From the NCBI GenBank assembly GCA_050230475.1, contig JBFLGF010000182.1, positions 1 through 50,429 on the forward strand: 50,429 nucleotides of DNA. Direction: 5' to 3'. Positions 1 to 12,908 of the stretch are shown one piece after another (the stretch's first letter is position 1; each line of letters begins with the position of its first letter). Under the pieces are notes generated by a model. That model was not told the origin of the DNA and ran no database searches. It saw only the letters and a program-made list of their open reading frames with translations. Origin of the DNA: Ancylonema sp. (lineage: Eukaryota). The translations under genes were made by a program, and so were the position numbers.

Positions 1-53
1 CAACTGAAACTATCGCTATACATGGTTAGGCGCGAAGCGCGAAACACTAGTGA

Positions 54-632
54 AGCGCTACGGTCCTAACGCCCAAGCTACGAAATCTTTCAGCCACGTG
101 GGTGCTGGAGGCCTGGCACAGCATGAAAGGGGTAAGAAGAACATACATACTTGTAAGTATATTATGGAATGCAAACATCAATAGCATGACATGTGTCTAT
201 ACGCAGGATGACATTCGCAACGCAATTCTTCGAGGCTACGAGAAGGCCGGCACTTCGCAAGTGTTCGACCCCATTTTCCAGCAGGCCGCAATGATGCAGT
301 ACGCCCGGCTCTTTCCCAAGGAAGTTGTCCCACCGGGAGAAGCGGGAAATCAAGCTTTGGAAGGCTGTGATGAGGAGGTCACTAGAAATCCCGAGGACGA
401 CCCCAGCTTCTCCCCTGATATCCTACTGCAACAACTCGTAGCTCACAACCCACTGGGAGGGGCACCAGAGCCCAATGAAGATCTCTCCCCCCTCCCTTTC
501 ATGGACAGCAGTGCGGCGGGAGAGGAGAGGTTCCTCTCACCTGAGCTTTTTGCTGCCACCCCCCGAGCTGATTTGCATGATTATGTTATACAGCAAGAGG
601 ACGCGCTCAACGAGCGTTTAAGATTCCCTTGA
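54..632 (+). pseudogene. C-terminal fragment of a pogo/Tc1-mariner-like DDE transposase, probably degenerate
   Basis: Removing a GT-AG intron at 132-206 gives PKLRNLSATWVLEAWHSMKG|DDIRNAILRGYEKAG. This resembles the post-catalytic W..AW..(x)n..I..G(W/F)EKAG motif of pogo-family transposases and is followed by an acidic tail. In-frame stops lie upstream (27-29, 48-53). Confidence 0.5.
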
Positions 633-711
633 CATCCTCAATTCTGCCACGTGTACCTCTTATCGGGGCTCTGCACTGCAATCTACTCATCTGCCCCGAC
701 ATCAGTCACTA

Positions 712-1321
712 CCGTACTGCTCCATGACCATCGCTATTTTTTTTTTTGAATTAATTTAGTTATCGCTCAAATGATATCACGCAGAGCAAATAATTATTAA
801 AAAGGCATCGCGCACAGGTATCGCGCAATTTGGCAATCCATATTTTCGAAAAATGTGGATATTTTTTTAATTTTTTTCCCTATTTTTTTCTGAGAACATT
901 TTTTTTTTTTTTTTTCATATAGTAAATGGTCCACACGTGTGTCCGTACGTAAGAACAAATGTAACAAATGCGAATGTACTTCCCTACGTCATGACGTAAG
1001 GAAGTACGTACGGACGTACGGACTTATGTCTGGACGTACGTCCAGACGTACTTTTTACACCCGCACGTGTGTGTGTACGTAAGGACGTACGGACTTACGT
1101 CTGGATTTGTGTTCAGACGTACTTTCGTACACCCGCACGTGTGTATCACGTACGGACGTACATAATTTTAATTAAAGTGCAATCGCGCAAATGGTTTTTT
1201 AATTAATAAACTGATCGCGCAAAAGCGATCGCTCACCCCAAATAATTATTAAAATGATCGCGCAAACCCCATCGCGCAGACAAAATAATTATTTTTGAGC
1301 GATGGTCATGGAGCAGTACGG
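712..1321. mobile_element. MITE, pogo/Tc1-mariner type (CCGTA ends, TA target duplication)
   Basis: Perfect 24-bp TIR ccgtactgctccatgaccatcgct (712-735 / 1298-1321), with TA on both sides (710-711, 1322-1323). Subterminal ATCGCGCA repeats and an internal GTACGTACGGAC-type array. Confidence 0.9.
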
Positions 1322-1446
1322 TATGTCTTTAGTGACGTCATCCCCCGGAGACGCCTGCAAGTACTGACCTGCTACGGACATGCTGGGCCGTGATGATTTT
1401 GAATTGAGCAGCCTGAGCAAACGAATTACACATACTTGACCACACC

Positions 1447-1961
1447 ATGGTGCGTAGCGTGTTGGTCGATGAGGACCACCTGGAGGCCCACGTGGACGCT
1501 CTGTTTGACCGAAACGCGTCGCAGGAGGTGAGGCCCTGCGCGAAAAGGACAGCATTGGAACTGGTTGGCCGAGGTTGTAACAATTTTAGCTGTAGACACT
1601 TCACTTGTAGCATCCACTTAATAAACATTTTGGCCTTGTGTTGTGCATCATGAAAATTATTGTAACTCGTAGATGTCGGAACCGTAAAACTTGTGATTTC
1701 CTTTCTTCATGCCACGTGGCACGCACACGCGACCCCGTTATCCACGCAAGCACGGTTATCTGGAATGTAGTCCTCAAAAATCAATGAGCTGATTTCTGCA
1801 CTAAAATCCCGGTTCCTAGCCATGCCGTTTTCCAAGCAATGGCAACTAGTTACGGCCATCGCAAACAGTCCAAATGCAAAGCCATGGGATGGTTTCTTGC
1901 AGGCTCGCATAGAGACGTCATCTGCACATGAGACATGGAAGATTCTTGCAAAAAAAAAAAT

Positions 1962-2034
<73 letters not shown>

Positions 2035-5000
2035 GACACAAAATGCAGTCTGATATTTCCCAGCGCAATGTGCGGATGAGGTACCTCTCAGCCGCACCAG
2101 ATGACAGAAGAGTGCATTCAGTATACTGTTCACATGCTCTTGTTATATGTTCGTGCTCTCTCTTTGTTTGAGACGAAACACATCTTTGTGCAACACCTGA
2201 TAAGACTTTTCAGATTCAGGAAATATGATACTTACGGTTCTTTTCTATGTTGAATAACCACACACTGACATCGGCATCATCAGCACACCTTCTAGAAATA
2301 GACCGAAAACGTCGTCTTTTAAACCCCTCATAAGTCATGGGAAGTGATCCTTCGAGACTATGCCCTCTGCAAGACTGGCACAGTTCGACATTGACGCGTT
2401 TTTAAAATCTCCCATCACTGCCTCGATGCAGGTCGGGTTGTTGATCGGTAAATCGGGCGGGGGCACAAAGGATTTGATTTTTGCCCTCGTGCGAACTCCC
2501 CTCCACAACGGCAAAAATGCGTGGAGGGGGGGTGGGGGGGGGTTGGCAAAAGAGGCGGCAAAAAAGAAGGGCACAAAGGCTGTAAAAGATGAGATCGAGC
2601 CCTTGGTATTGGACGATGATTGGATCGCGGAGCATGCACGCCAGGTCAGCTGCTGACGAGGACTGTGGACCTGCCAGCTCAGCTCAACCCCCACAGAGGA
2701 TACCCAGGGGCTCACTCATACACCATATCAGTATACAGTACAAGGGAGGCGTGGGCACCATTCGTTGATCCTAGCATACCCAACCCCTGCACATTGATGT
2801 CAGTGATGTGTGCACCTCAAGCTCCTTAGTGCGATGACATCATCGAAAGTACCTGTCCAGGTGCCACCTGGCGCGTAGTCGGCCATATCTACAGTCGATC
2901 ACTCAATTGCTGTCAGCAGCCCTCCATCCCTTCGTTTTCGGGATGTTGGCCCCACTTTTCCTTCCAAACTACCACCTAAACCAACCACCATGTAAATGTA
3001 ACCCGGGTTACTGAACCGGTCAGTCAGTCAGTCACCCCTCGTCAATTCTGGACCACTCATCTCTGATCAGGCACCAGCCCTTTGTCACAACTAGAATCGT
3101 GCACCCCCCCCCCTCAAACCACAGTATCCCGTACCCCTCACACGGAATGACGTCCCGCCCTCTCTCGCGGTGCTGCCAGGTGTCACGCATGCTGGTGGGC
3201 GGCCTGTCGGTGGTGGGCGTGTACGTGTTCGGATCGGATCCCGTGATCAGAGCTTCAGGGCAAGCGCTGTGGCAGGCAAGGAATCCGCATCCAATGTCTA
3301 TACATTGCCGTCGTAGCTCCCTGCCCAGACTGCTGCCCCCAATTGCTTTCATGTAAGATACAGGAGGGGGGGGGAGGTGCAAATAATCATCGCAGTTGGG
3401 ATGTTTTTGGCGCAAAGACTTCACCCTGTTCTGCTATTTTCTACAGCAACGATTTTTTGGTTTTGTTTTTCCAGATTTTTTTCCGTCCACCAAAACTACA
3501 TTCATCCCCTTCCGCTCGAACAATAACAGATACAAAAACCAATCAACAGATGAGGAGAACAAAAAACTGACTTAACCCCCCCCCCCCCCCCAAAACCGAA
3601 ACAAACGGAAAAGCAGGCAAAGAAGTGAGACGAAATGGGGTCTCAGAATAACACGCGCAGAATGGGAGGAGCCCCTTAAAGCACACTGTGTTCCATTCTC
3701 TGTATCTCCTATCACCTATCTGGGGCAGAACAGATCCCAGATGTCACCCCTTGATTGCGGGTCCCAGATGTCACCCCTTGTCACTTCTCGCAGACTGCGC
3801 TAGCCGTGGCCTCAGCCTCTCTCATCGCGACACCTGGCGGTCCTTCTCCCTCTGACGCGCTCCTCCTGCACGCGTGCTCCAACCCCAAAAGGTCTCCTCA
3901 CGGCTCCCGCACCCTTCCCTTCCCTACCCCTCCAACCTCCAACCGGTCTCTTCGGGAGGGTTCAGCCCGACCTACTCGTCTTCTCAACCCCAAGTTCTTC
4001 TGCTCACTAGGCCTGGACAGGTGGCAGGGTGACGACATTTACAGCCTGTGACTGCTCGTGTGTGATTTGTAAACGGTGACCCGTGTTCGGAGGTGTGGGC
4101 CGATCCGGGTCTAGCTGCGCACACGAATCGGATACGATGTTGCGAATCGGATACGGTGCTGTGGATCGGATACGGTTTTGCGAATCGGATACGATTTTGT
4201 GGATCGGATGCGGTTTTGGTGAGCAGGTACACGTGCCGGAGCTGTCGGTTGGAGGGAAGCTTTTCGCAGTCTTCCTTGGCTCCTGCAGACCTGAAGCTGG
4301 GGAAGGTGCTCGGAAACTTCCAGATGCTTACCTGCAACTACAGGGCCAGCTTCAGGTCTGCTTTCTCATTCGTCGTGGCACTCGTCGACACCCTTCTCGA
4401 AGTTTTGAGGTTCTAGGTCCGGTCTTAGGTTGTTACCTGACGTGAGATGCGCATGAATAGATATGATAATGCTGTTTAGAAAAGGGCACAGAAAGCCGAC
4501 AGCCGTTCCCCCACCCCCCAGCCTCCCTACTCTGAAGCCTTCAAAAGGGAAGTCCCCCTCCCTCCGACAGCTGGCTGAGAAGGCGATGCAGAGAGAAAGT
4601 GCGAAACTGAATGCTGCCAAAGCGCTTAGGGAGGGGCGATTGGTGAGGGGGGGGTGGCAGCTTTCATCTGAAACTCGGGCAAACATCGGTACACAGTTCC
4701 AGCACTCATCATTCATTATCTCTGGTCATATCTTCTTTGTCATTTATATTATGTATATTTGTGTACATATGTATGTATATATATACACATATATATACAT
4801 GCATACATATATACATATATATATATGCGCATAAGTATGCACATAAATATACGCATATACATGTATGTACATATATACACACATATACATACATATGCCA
4901 ACATTTATATTTGTATATGTGAATATTTATATTTATATTTACAAACATATTTTGTGTGGGGAAACTTTCGGTTGGTGGAGAAGTTTTAGAGTCTGAGCGG

Positions 5001-7054
5001 TCGGGTGAGATTCGTGCAGCACTTGCACTTCATTCGATTCCGCCACAGGCAACCGAGAGGGAGTGAAGCTATCTCTGAATGGAGGGGAACACAAATTGTT
5101 GCTCCAAATTGAGTGTTTTGGACCCCCTTTCCGCACCCTCTTCGTGATCATAGTTGTGTCGTCTGCTGATCTTTCATGCTGTCCCGTTGTTATGAAGGTG
5201 GAGGCGAGTGAGGTGGTGAAGAGCGGTGGCCAACCTGTGGAGGTGGAGCTGTTGGTGCCCGCCACCTGGCAAGAGGGGGCGGGGGAGGGAGGTGAGGCGC
5301 TCTGTGCGGAACGACAGCCGCCATGTTCTGGATGCAATCGAGAGCGTTGATTTCACATACTTCTTTTTTTCTTCTAGCAGTGATGACGATGATGATGACA
5401 ATGATGATGATGATGTCATGATGATGAGAGGGGAGGGGTATGGGTCTGTTTGACCCCCTCTAGGTGACGTGGGCGGCGAGAGTGAGGGGTGTTTGACGGT
5501 GAGTGGCCACATCCATGGCTGCTCACTGGCCTACGGGAGAGGAAGCATGGGCAAGGCAGTGGAGGAGCTCAAGGTAAAAGGAAGGGTGGAGGAGGAGGGG
5601 ATGTGCCAAGGAGGAGGAGAAGGTGTTATTCGGTGTCAGATATATGTTCGGATGTTCACCCTGCTGGGATTCTGTTCGCTTTTGAGAACGCTCGCCAGGA
5701 ATGAGGCGCGGAGTTTCTTTTCATACCTTGTTCGCAAAAAGTGTGGTGGAGGCAAATGGAAACCAATGATGCTGTTTGGAAAAGAAATAGACAGCGAGAC
5801 GAAGAAACGTTTTTTTGGAGAAAAAAATGTGTCCTGTGTTGTTTTTTTCCAGGCAGACATTATGGCGTCTTTGAGAGCCCGCTTGGACCTTCTGGCAGAG
5901 GAGGCGGAAGGGGAGGAAGGGGAGGAGAGGGAGGGGGAAGGTTCCAGGAAACACCCGCTGCTTCAAACAACCAGGTTCATGCCAGTCCTCCATAGCAATC
6001 AGTTGGAAACGTTGGATGGGTCGGATCCATGTTTTGGTGTCGTCTTAATTTAATTTTGGTGCGGAGAGTCGCTGGTTTTTTCGATTTTTCGGTTTTTTTC
6101 GGTACCTCATGCTTCAATCGCAGGTGTGGAGACCATTCAGGCATTCTTTCACTTTCATGCTTTAAGTGTTCTCGTGATAAGAACTAAGAAACCAAAACAA
6201 CTGTATTTGGCTGGTTTCGGTTTTTCAATACACGACGGTTTTGACGTTTTTGACATTTTTTTTGGTTTTTTTGTCTGGTCAACTTATCCCCAAAATCCGT
6301 AAAAAAACTGGAATGAGTGCAGAGAAATCGAGGATGTCTTTTCCGCGCCCTTCCCCCGTCGGGTGATGGTGGCGTGGGTAGGGGGGCTTGTGGCATGCGA
6401 CTATATACACGGGGAGGAAACTATGAAGGTGAGGTGGCAAGAGGGGGCGTCGCCACGTGTTCATCTTGTAGAAATCGGATACCAAACCTCTACTTTTCGG
6501 GTTTTTAATTGTATTTCATGTTTTTTGTTTGGGTCTGTTTCGTAACGATATGTTGTCAAGTCGACTGTATCGAATGCAGAGACGTAGCGAAGATAAGTGT
6601 GGGAGGGGCATGGGGTCATGTCATCCTTCTTTTCAACCATCATCTGTCACAGCATCGACCTAAATTCGGTTAACCATGTCTGAATTTTCAGGACGTGGAA
6701 GATAGATGCACGGAGATGTTGGCCCTTCAAATTTCGGAACCCATATCGGCGGCGGAAGGGATCGGAAGCGTATCGGATACGTTGGTGGGGAAGTTGTGGA
6801 GGCCTTGGGATAGCGAAGCAGAGGGTGAAGAGCGGGATGAGGAGGTTGGGCCACCCATGTCGAAGTGGTTCGGTTGGTTGGGGGTGTCTGAAGCGAGAAT
6901 GATGAGCGTTGCATCGATGGGAGTCGGGCTTTTCGGAATGTGCGTCGTCAGCATATTTGTTCTGTTGCTGCAAAAAATTGGACCGTTTTTAGATAGGTTG
7001 GTGCATGGGAATCCCGAAGCGTGGCATGTTGTTGATCCGAAAGTCGATTTGTGA
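1447..7054 (+). CDS. ODR4: ODR-4-like ER membrane protein (about 11 exons)
   Basis: Exons include 1447-1527 MVRSVLVDEDHLE..., 2432-2644 VGLLIGK...DDDWIAEHARQ and 3180-3275 VSRMLVGGLSVVGVYVF (GC donor at 3276). Later exons encode ELKADIMASLRARLDLL and FPRRV...CDYI; the last exon has a C-terminal TM helix and ends TGA 7054. Confidence 0.88.
1964..2029. repeat. (CA)n microsatellite in ODR4 intron 1
   Basis: About 33 perfect CA units. Confidence 0.97.
4126..4217. repeat. 19-bp tandem repeat (about 5 copies, core ATCGGATACG) in an ODR4 intron
   Basis: Units such as gaatcggatacgatgttgc and ggatcggatacggttttgc are directly visible. Confidence 0.85.
4747..4945. repeat. Degenerate TA/CA low-complexity tract (intronic)
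   Basis: tatatatacacatatatatacatgcatacat... pattern. Confidence 0.85.
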
Positions 7055-7966
7055 GAGAAATGATTGGTGTGGTGGCTTTGGTCCTCTCATCCATTCCGCT
7101 CAGCCTAGGAGAGAACCACCTCTTGCCTCGAAATGCGTCATGTACAATAGAGATTACTCGATGCTCATACACAAGTAAACTTAGTACTTCCAAGGAAGGT
7201 GTTAGTTATCTGGATACTTTGGGCAACGATTTTGCGCCAGATTGTGTGTTCGGACTGAAATAGTTTGTATTCTTGACCTGTTCATGGACTCGCAAATGTC
7301 TGAAGTTTCAGAGTCCAACAAACACATGGCGATCTGATGACTACTCGATAAATGGCTCCACCGCAACTGGCATCAAGTGGAGGTCATAGACCATGAGGAT
7401 ATTATCTACGGGATACCTCCGGCAGAGTACACACATCTTGTGGACCATGAGTAGAGCGAACACACCAATTATTTGATAGACGAGGGACTCGAATGCCGAC
7501 ACTTGATCTAAATTCACTTTGCACCGACATCTTCAGTTGTTAAGGTGAGGGGATTCCCTTCTTCGTCATGACAAGACATTCTTCTTCCAATCGAGCTTGA
7601 GCGGGCCATGTGAATGCACCAACATTTTTTGTTGCATAGTTGACAATCGGCATTCGACAGCGCAGACTAAGTGACCAGTCATCAGAATCGAGTGTAAATC
7701 GAGTGCACACACAAATTGCAAAAATGACAGAAGGAGAGGGGACAATACATGGACAGATTTGACCTACCTAGGAGAAAGGTGTGTGCAGTGATACTCCTCA
7801 ATAATTCTATCCCACGTTAATGTGAGTAATGATCAGCTGCCATCATGCGTATTCTACTTCTGAACATATAATGATTGCCTGGGTGTAAACCTAGTCAGCG
7901 GGGTTGTCCCAGACAAAATGCTGCGATCTATAAAGTCATCGACAAACTTGACTTGACTACGGTATC

Positions 7967-9067
7967 TTAGACTTTGAAGGGAATGATCTTTCCGATGATC
8001 TCTTCGCTCAATGCTTGGACCTGCGAGTCGAGGCTCTTCAAAGTTGACACTTTCTGCTCTTCTAAATTAGCCACGGCAATTCGCAGCTCCTTCTCGATCC
8101 TTTCCCGAGCTGCCTGAAGCTTCTCATCGAGCTCAGCGGCAGTCTGCAAAGATGTTGCACAAGTTGAGATTGTCATGCCAAGTATGAAATCCTAAAACCC
8201 CTGAGTGAGACAACTGCATGCACACCAGTAAACATAAACCCTGACGCGATAAGTGTACCATCAGGGTATAGAAAGCTTAAAAAGTGATCCAGCTTGACTC
8301 TGCTTTTGGTTTGGTCTCCCCAGCCGCAAACGCGCTTCCCATCTCATATTTTATCAGAAACAAAATCAGAAGCATGCAGTGCATCACAACGAGGATCCAA
8401 CGGAATCTGAGTGAGTCAACAAGGCATAGTCCAAACGTATAGAAAGATGGGTTCTCATTCTCACCGTACAATCCAAGACCTACGAGACACTGAAAGTTAA
8501 GGCGACAAAGCGACATACCTCCTTCTTCATGGCCTGGAGCTGAGTACTGGTCTCTGCTCGGGCGGCCTTCAGGATGCCCTCGGCCTCCGATTGAAGGGAC
8601 TTCAGTTCGGCGGAGTTGTCTCTCACTCCAACGAGCTTAGACCTGATGTTCTCGTCTCTACTGTCCATCACCTTAGATACAGGCTTGAACCAGATATTGT
8701 CTAGGGCAACCATGAGGAGAAGGAACTGGACTGCAATGATAGGAAGAGTCAGGTTGAAGTCGAAAATCTTTCCCTTCTCCTCCGCCAATGCAGGCATCGC
8801 CACCAGCATATTCATGGCGACGAAAGCGGCTCTCTGGATATGCCTGTTGGCATTCTCGCCGATGACTGCGTCTACAACCTGTCCTGCCACAGCCTTGACC
8901 TGATCGCTTCCTGATGATGCCTGGATTATCAACCGACCAGCCTTCTGAAAACCAGAAACCTTAGCAATACAGGCCACTCTATCCACATAGAGGCTGGAAG
9001 GGGTGACTTTCTGAACAGCAAACTGAGTTGAGGCGATGGCAGCGACGGAATGCAGCATGGAGGCCAT
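7967..9067 (-). CDS. ATPG: Chloroplast ATP synthase CF0 subunit b' (subunit II), nuclear-encoded with transit peptide
   Basis: Exon 1 (9067-8519) MASMLHSV...ALAEEKGKIFDFNLTLPIIAVQFLLLMVALDNIWFKPVSKVMDSRD; exon 2 (8143-7967) ...SLDSQVQALSEEIIGKIIPFKV* (TAA). Confidence 0.95.
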
Positions 9068-9333
9068 TGCTGTGGACGTAAACGAAACAGAAGACAAGAA
9101 TGTGGTAGAGCTGGATAAGGTAAGAATGAATGTGGATATGTTGCAATGGAGGCCCTGATTCCGTCGTCGCGGATCTAGCGAAGTTGTTGTGGCTGCGAAA
9201 ACAGTAAATATTCGTTACAGATACTTCGTTACAGACACATTTGCTGGACACGATTGTTTGTTGCCTATAACTTGTATTTTCTAAAACCAGCCGACCTGCA
9301 GACAATCACAGACAATCACCTTGCCCCGTACTA

Positions 9334-9940
9334 CCGTACTACTTCGGTATCACCGCGCCTACCGTACTGGCCGAACCTTAAAAGCACTTACAAGTTTGAA
9401 TTAATTAAAGCTCTTAATGCGCGTTGTAATGCGCGTCCGGTTTTTTCGGGATTTTTTTATTTTTGGGGGGTTTCCCGGGGTTTTTGGGGGTTTTTGAGGT
9501 TTTTTTATGCGATGCGCCTACAAATAATTAATTAATAACTCGATGCGTGCGCGCCAAAAATGAATTAATTACGTAATGCGCGTAGTAATGCGTCCGCCAA
9601 TAATTAATTAGTGCTTTTGACCATTCGGCCAGTACGGTAAATAATTCAAAAACGGCGCGGCTGACGCGTGGTTGACGCGCGGTAAACTCTTTATTGTTTT
9701 GTTGGCGCATTACACAAAACGAGGCAGATTTAATAATTAAATAATGACGCGGCTAAATGCGCGGAAAGGTTTTAATTCTTCAGTCAGAGAAACGCAACAA
9801 AATACGCGTTTTTCCGTGTTTAAAAAAAAAAACAAAAGCGCGGCCAAAGGCACGGTTGAATGTGCGGTTAAATATTTTTTGGGGCGCATCAACAAATACG
9901 CATTTAAATAATTCGTTTTTCTTTTCTTGTGCCAGTACGG
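9334..9940. mobile_element. Composite MITE: older CCGTA...TACGG element with a nested younger element
   Basis: TA-ccgtact at 9332-9340 and agtacgg-TA at 9934-9942; only 7 terminal bp still match. CGCG/AT-rich subterminal motifs throughout. Confidence 0.7.
9362..9637. mobile_element. Nested MITE (CCGTA family)
   Basis: 14-bp perfect TIR ccgtactggccgaa (9362-9375 / 9624-9637), extending imperfectly to aaaagcact; TA at 9360-9361 and 9638-9639. Confidence 0.88.
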
Positions 9941-10583
9941 TAGTTCAAAAGTGGCACAGTCTGAATAGTGCCACATACGGTTGGCGCGATTGCCGTCCTG
10001 TCAACGATGACTCGTGTTGAAGTGAACGGCATTGCCAAATCGGGCTGCCACGACCCTGAAGCCCAGGACAGAACGGACACGGATCCAAAAAGCTTGGGAA
10101 GTCCAAGATTTTTGGAGGGTGCTCTGGACTTCTCACCGACTGTTCTGACGTTTGATATCGGCTTTAAAAAATAGAAACGCAGAGATGCGGGGAGTCAGTG
10201 CTGCATGCCACCGTCTGAGATCGTTACAGCCACTTTGATACCTACTGCATGGACGCAGGCGAAGGAGAGCGTGTGAAACTCGACGGCGCTGTCAACTTGA
10301 TCACCCCGCTAATGAGCCAGCTGTTTGCTCTGTAGTATTTGTGATAAAATTTGCACGATTGTTTAGCGCTTTCACAACCTTTGTACATTCATCGTTTCAC
10401 TATTCATCATTGTTGCTAAGTTGTGAAGGTTGGTTCGCGAAGCTGGTGTCCATAGGCTTGATTTCGGCTACGTTACGTCGGGCGTCGGACGGAGTCGGCA
10501 GTTTCGTACTCGAGAATCGGTGTTTGCCGATCACCCTTGGCTAGCGGCTGATTTTGTGATAAACCGGACACAGTCCTCGAAAA

Positions 10584-12908
10584 ATGGGGGGAAAGAGAGG
10601 TCGGAGGGTTAGCGCTGCCCAATGGGGCGACTTGAGTGGCACCAGCTTACGGCAGCAGATGTTGGACGCTCTAATATTTTCATCAGCGGCATACGAAGAC
10701 TCTGATGCTGCCATTAAAACAATACTCACTGCCAAGTACGACCTGCCCGTGGGGATCTTGGAAATCGTGGCTGATTATTTGCCGTTGAAGAAATCTGTTA
10801 TTCAGCCATACCTAGTCGGCCGAGGTACATGCGGGGAGGTTGTCGTGGCATTCAGAGGAACGGCTGACATCAGAGATTTGGTATGGCACAACTTTGAATC
10901 GACATAATAAGCATGTGCCGCGCCTTACTCCATTGCTGAGTGTTAGATTCAGATGTGCCTAGAACATGTATGACAGATGGAAAGGATTGCAGTGAGAATG
11001 ATGAAGCACGACAGTCGTATGCTCTTATATGCCTGCGTGCGGAACAAACAAGCCCATGGTGCTGCATGCTGAAGCAAACATCTGTGGTGCCTGTCGATGT
11101 GGACGAGACGTCATGGGATTCTGCCTCCGTACCAGCCGCAGTTCCATAGCAATCTCTGCGTTGTACTTTGGACTGTGGCCTTAACGATTTGATTTCAGCC
11201 CAAGTATTGTCTGAGCTTCCTGAGGCTAAGCATCTCCATCCTCGGCTTACTGCTGCAGGTCGCCGACCTCCAGTTCATCCATAGACGTTTGTCGTTTGCG
11301 GAAGGCTCTGCACACCTGGGATTCGTCGAGCGAGCAGCGAGCATTGACGTCGATTACTTCATCGCCCTGCTCCAGAAAGGGAGGAGTCTCATCTTCACCG
11401 GTCACTCTCTTGGCGGTGCGGTGGCCTCCCTAGTGGCTCTCAGGGTGTTGGAAGAGGCCACCTGTGCGGGCTTCTGTCCGCACATGCAGCAGCAGTGCCA
11501 GGTCATCACGTTTGGAGCCCCCCTGTTCGCGAATCTCGGTCTTGCTGACCTCATCAACACCAAGTACCGAGACCTGTTCCATCATGTGGTGTCCAAACAC
11601 GACCTGGTGCCCAAAATCCTCCCATTGGTTGCTGCTGGGCACCGGTTGGTGGGGCTGGAGCCATACCACATGCAGCTGCTGAGGATTGGGCGAGCTGGTC
11701 TGGAACTGGCAGAAAAGTTTGGGCACGTGCCATTGGCAGGGGTGGTCCGGGCGATAGAGGCGAAGATTCCTCGGCCAATGAGGACACTTGTGTGGGGGGC
11801 TCTACGGGTGCTCTGGCCGGGCGAGACAGAGCACCAGTATGCGTTCGCGGGGCAGATTGTGATGTTGGACCGGGGGGAGGTGGCGGTGGAGAGGGCGGTG
11901 CGGTTAACAAAAGCGGAGGAGTTGAATTTCTGGTTCCGGCAGCTGGGGTTCGGGTTAGGGTTTAGCCGTTTTGGAGAGCACAAGATTGTATCCTACTACG
12001 CTGGGCTGGGCAGGGGACTGAGATCCAAACTTTTGGAGTATTTGAGCAAGGGGAATGCGGGAATGGAGGAGAAGGCACAGCTGGCAAAGGTGATACTTGA
12101 GGGGGCGCAGAGACAGCTGTCACAAGCAGATGTCGTGGGCAGTCAGCTGTCCCTTTCTGAGAGGGTGGTGAGGACATACAGGAGCTCGAAGGCAGGGAGG
12201 GGTAAGAAGCGAGTAATGGTAGAGGAATCATGTGAGGAAGCTGGGAGGGGTGGGGGCGGTTGTGAAGGTGGGGATGGGATTGGTGGTGAGCGACGCAAGG
12301 AGGGGGGAGCCGAAGACAGGTGTGGGAACAGCAGGCGGTCTGCATTCAGCAAGTGTGACGGCGTCTCCTCCCAGAGCTGCTTCTGCTCCTCATCCGAGCA
12401 GCGTGAACGCCACCGAATGGAAGCGCTCTCTGAGGTTTTGCATTTGTGTGAATGCTCTGGGCGGCAGGGGGTGGAAGGGGAGGGGGTGGGGGGTGGTGCG
12501 GACTCGGTAGAGCGGGTGGAAGAGGACAGGGGTCTGGGTTTGCGTGTGGAAGAAAGGAGTGGGGCACGGCGGAAGTTGAGAGGGAAGGTCACGGGAACCT
12601 TGAGCGATAAATTCATGTTGTTGCCGAATGATGATGCTGCACATGACGCGGAGGTAGTGCCAGCGTGGCCTCGTCGTCAAAGCGAATGCACGAGTTGTAG
12701 AGCTCTACAACTTCACACGAACGCAGGAATGGCACTTGAGTCCTCCAAAGGGGGTTGGTTTGCGAGAAAGTTCCATAGACTGAAAGTGGGCATGGTAGTG
12801 CTCTCTCTCGCATCCATAGCTGGCCAGATCCGTAGAGGCCGGATGATTGACAAGGTTTGGATGTTCTTCTCCGCAGTCCGATTTGTGGTATTCAACCCGT
12901 TTTTTTAA
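10584..12908 (+). CDS. Class 3 lipase (Lipase_3) family protein with long low-complexity C-terminus
   Basis: Exon 1 (10584-10880) VVVAFRGTADIRDL; exon 2 (11259-12908) AHLGF, FTGHSLGGAVASL (GxSxG), ITFGAP, HVVSKHDLVP, EHKIVSY. The C-terminal part may hide further introns. Confidence 0.85.

Noticed and set aside
712..1321. CRISPR-like array from regularly spaced ATCGCGCA motifs
   Set aside because: The motifs are only 8-10 bp, lie inside TIR/TA-bounded elements, are in a eukaryotic context, and have no cas genes.
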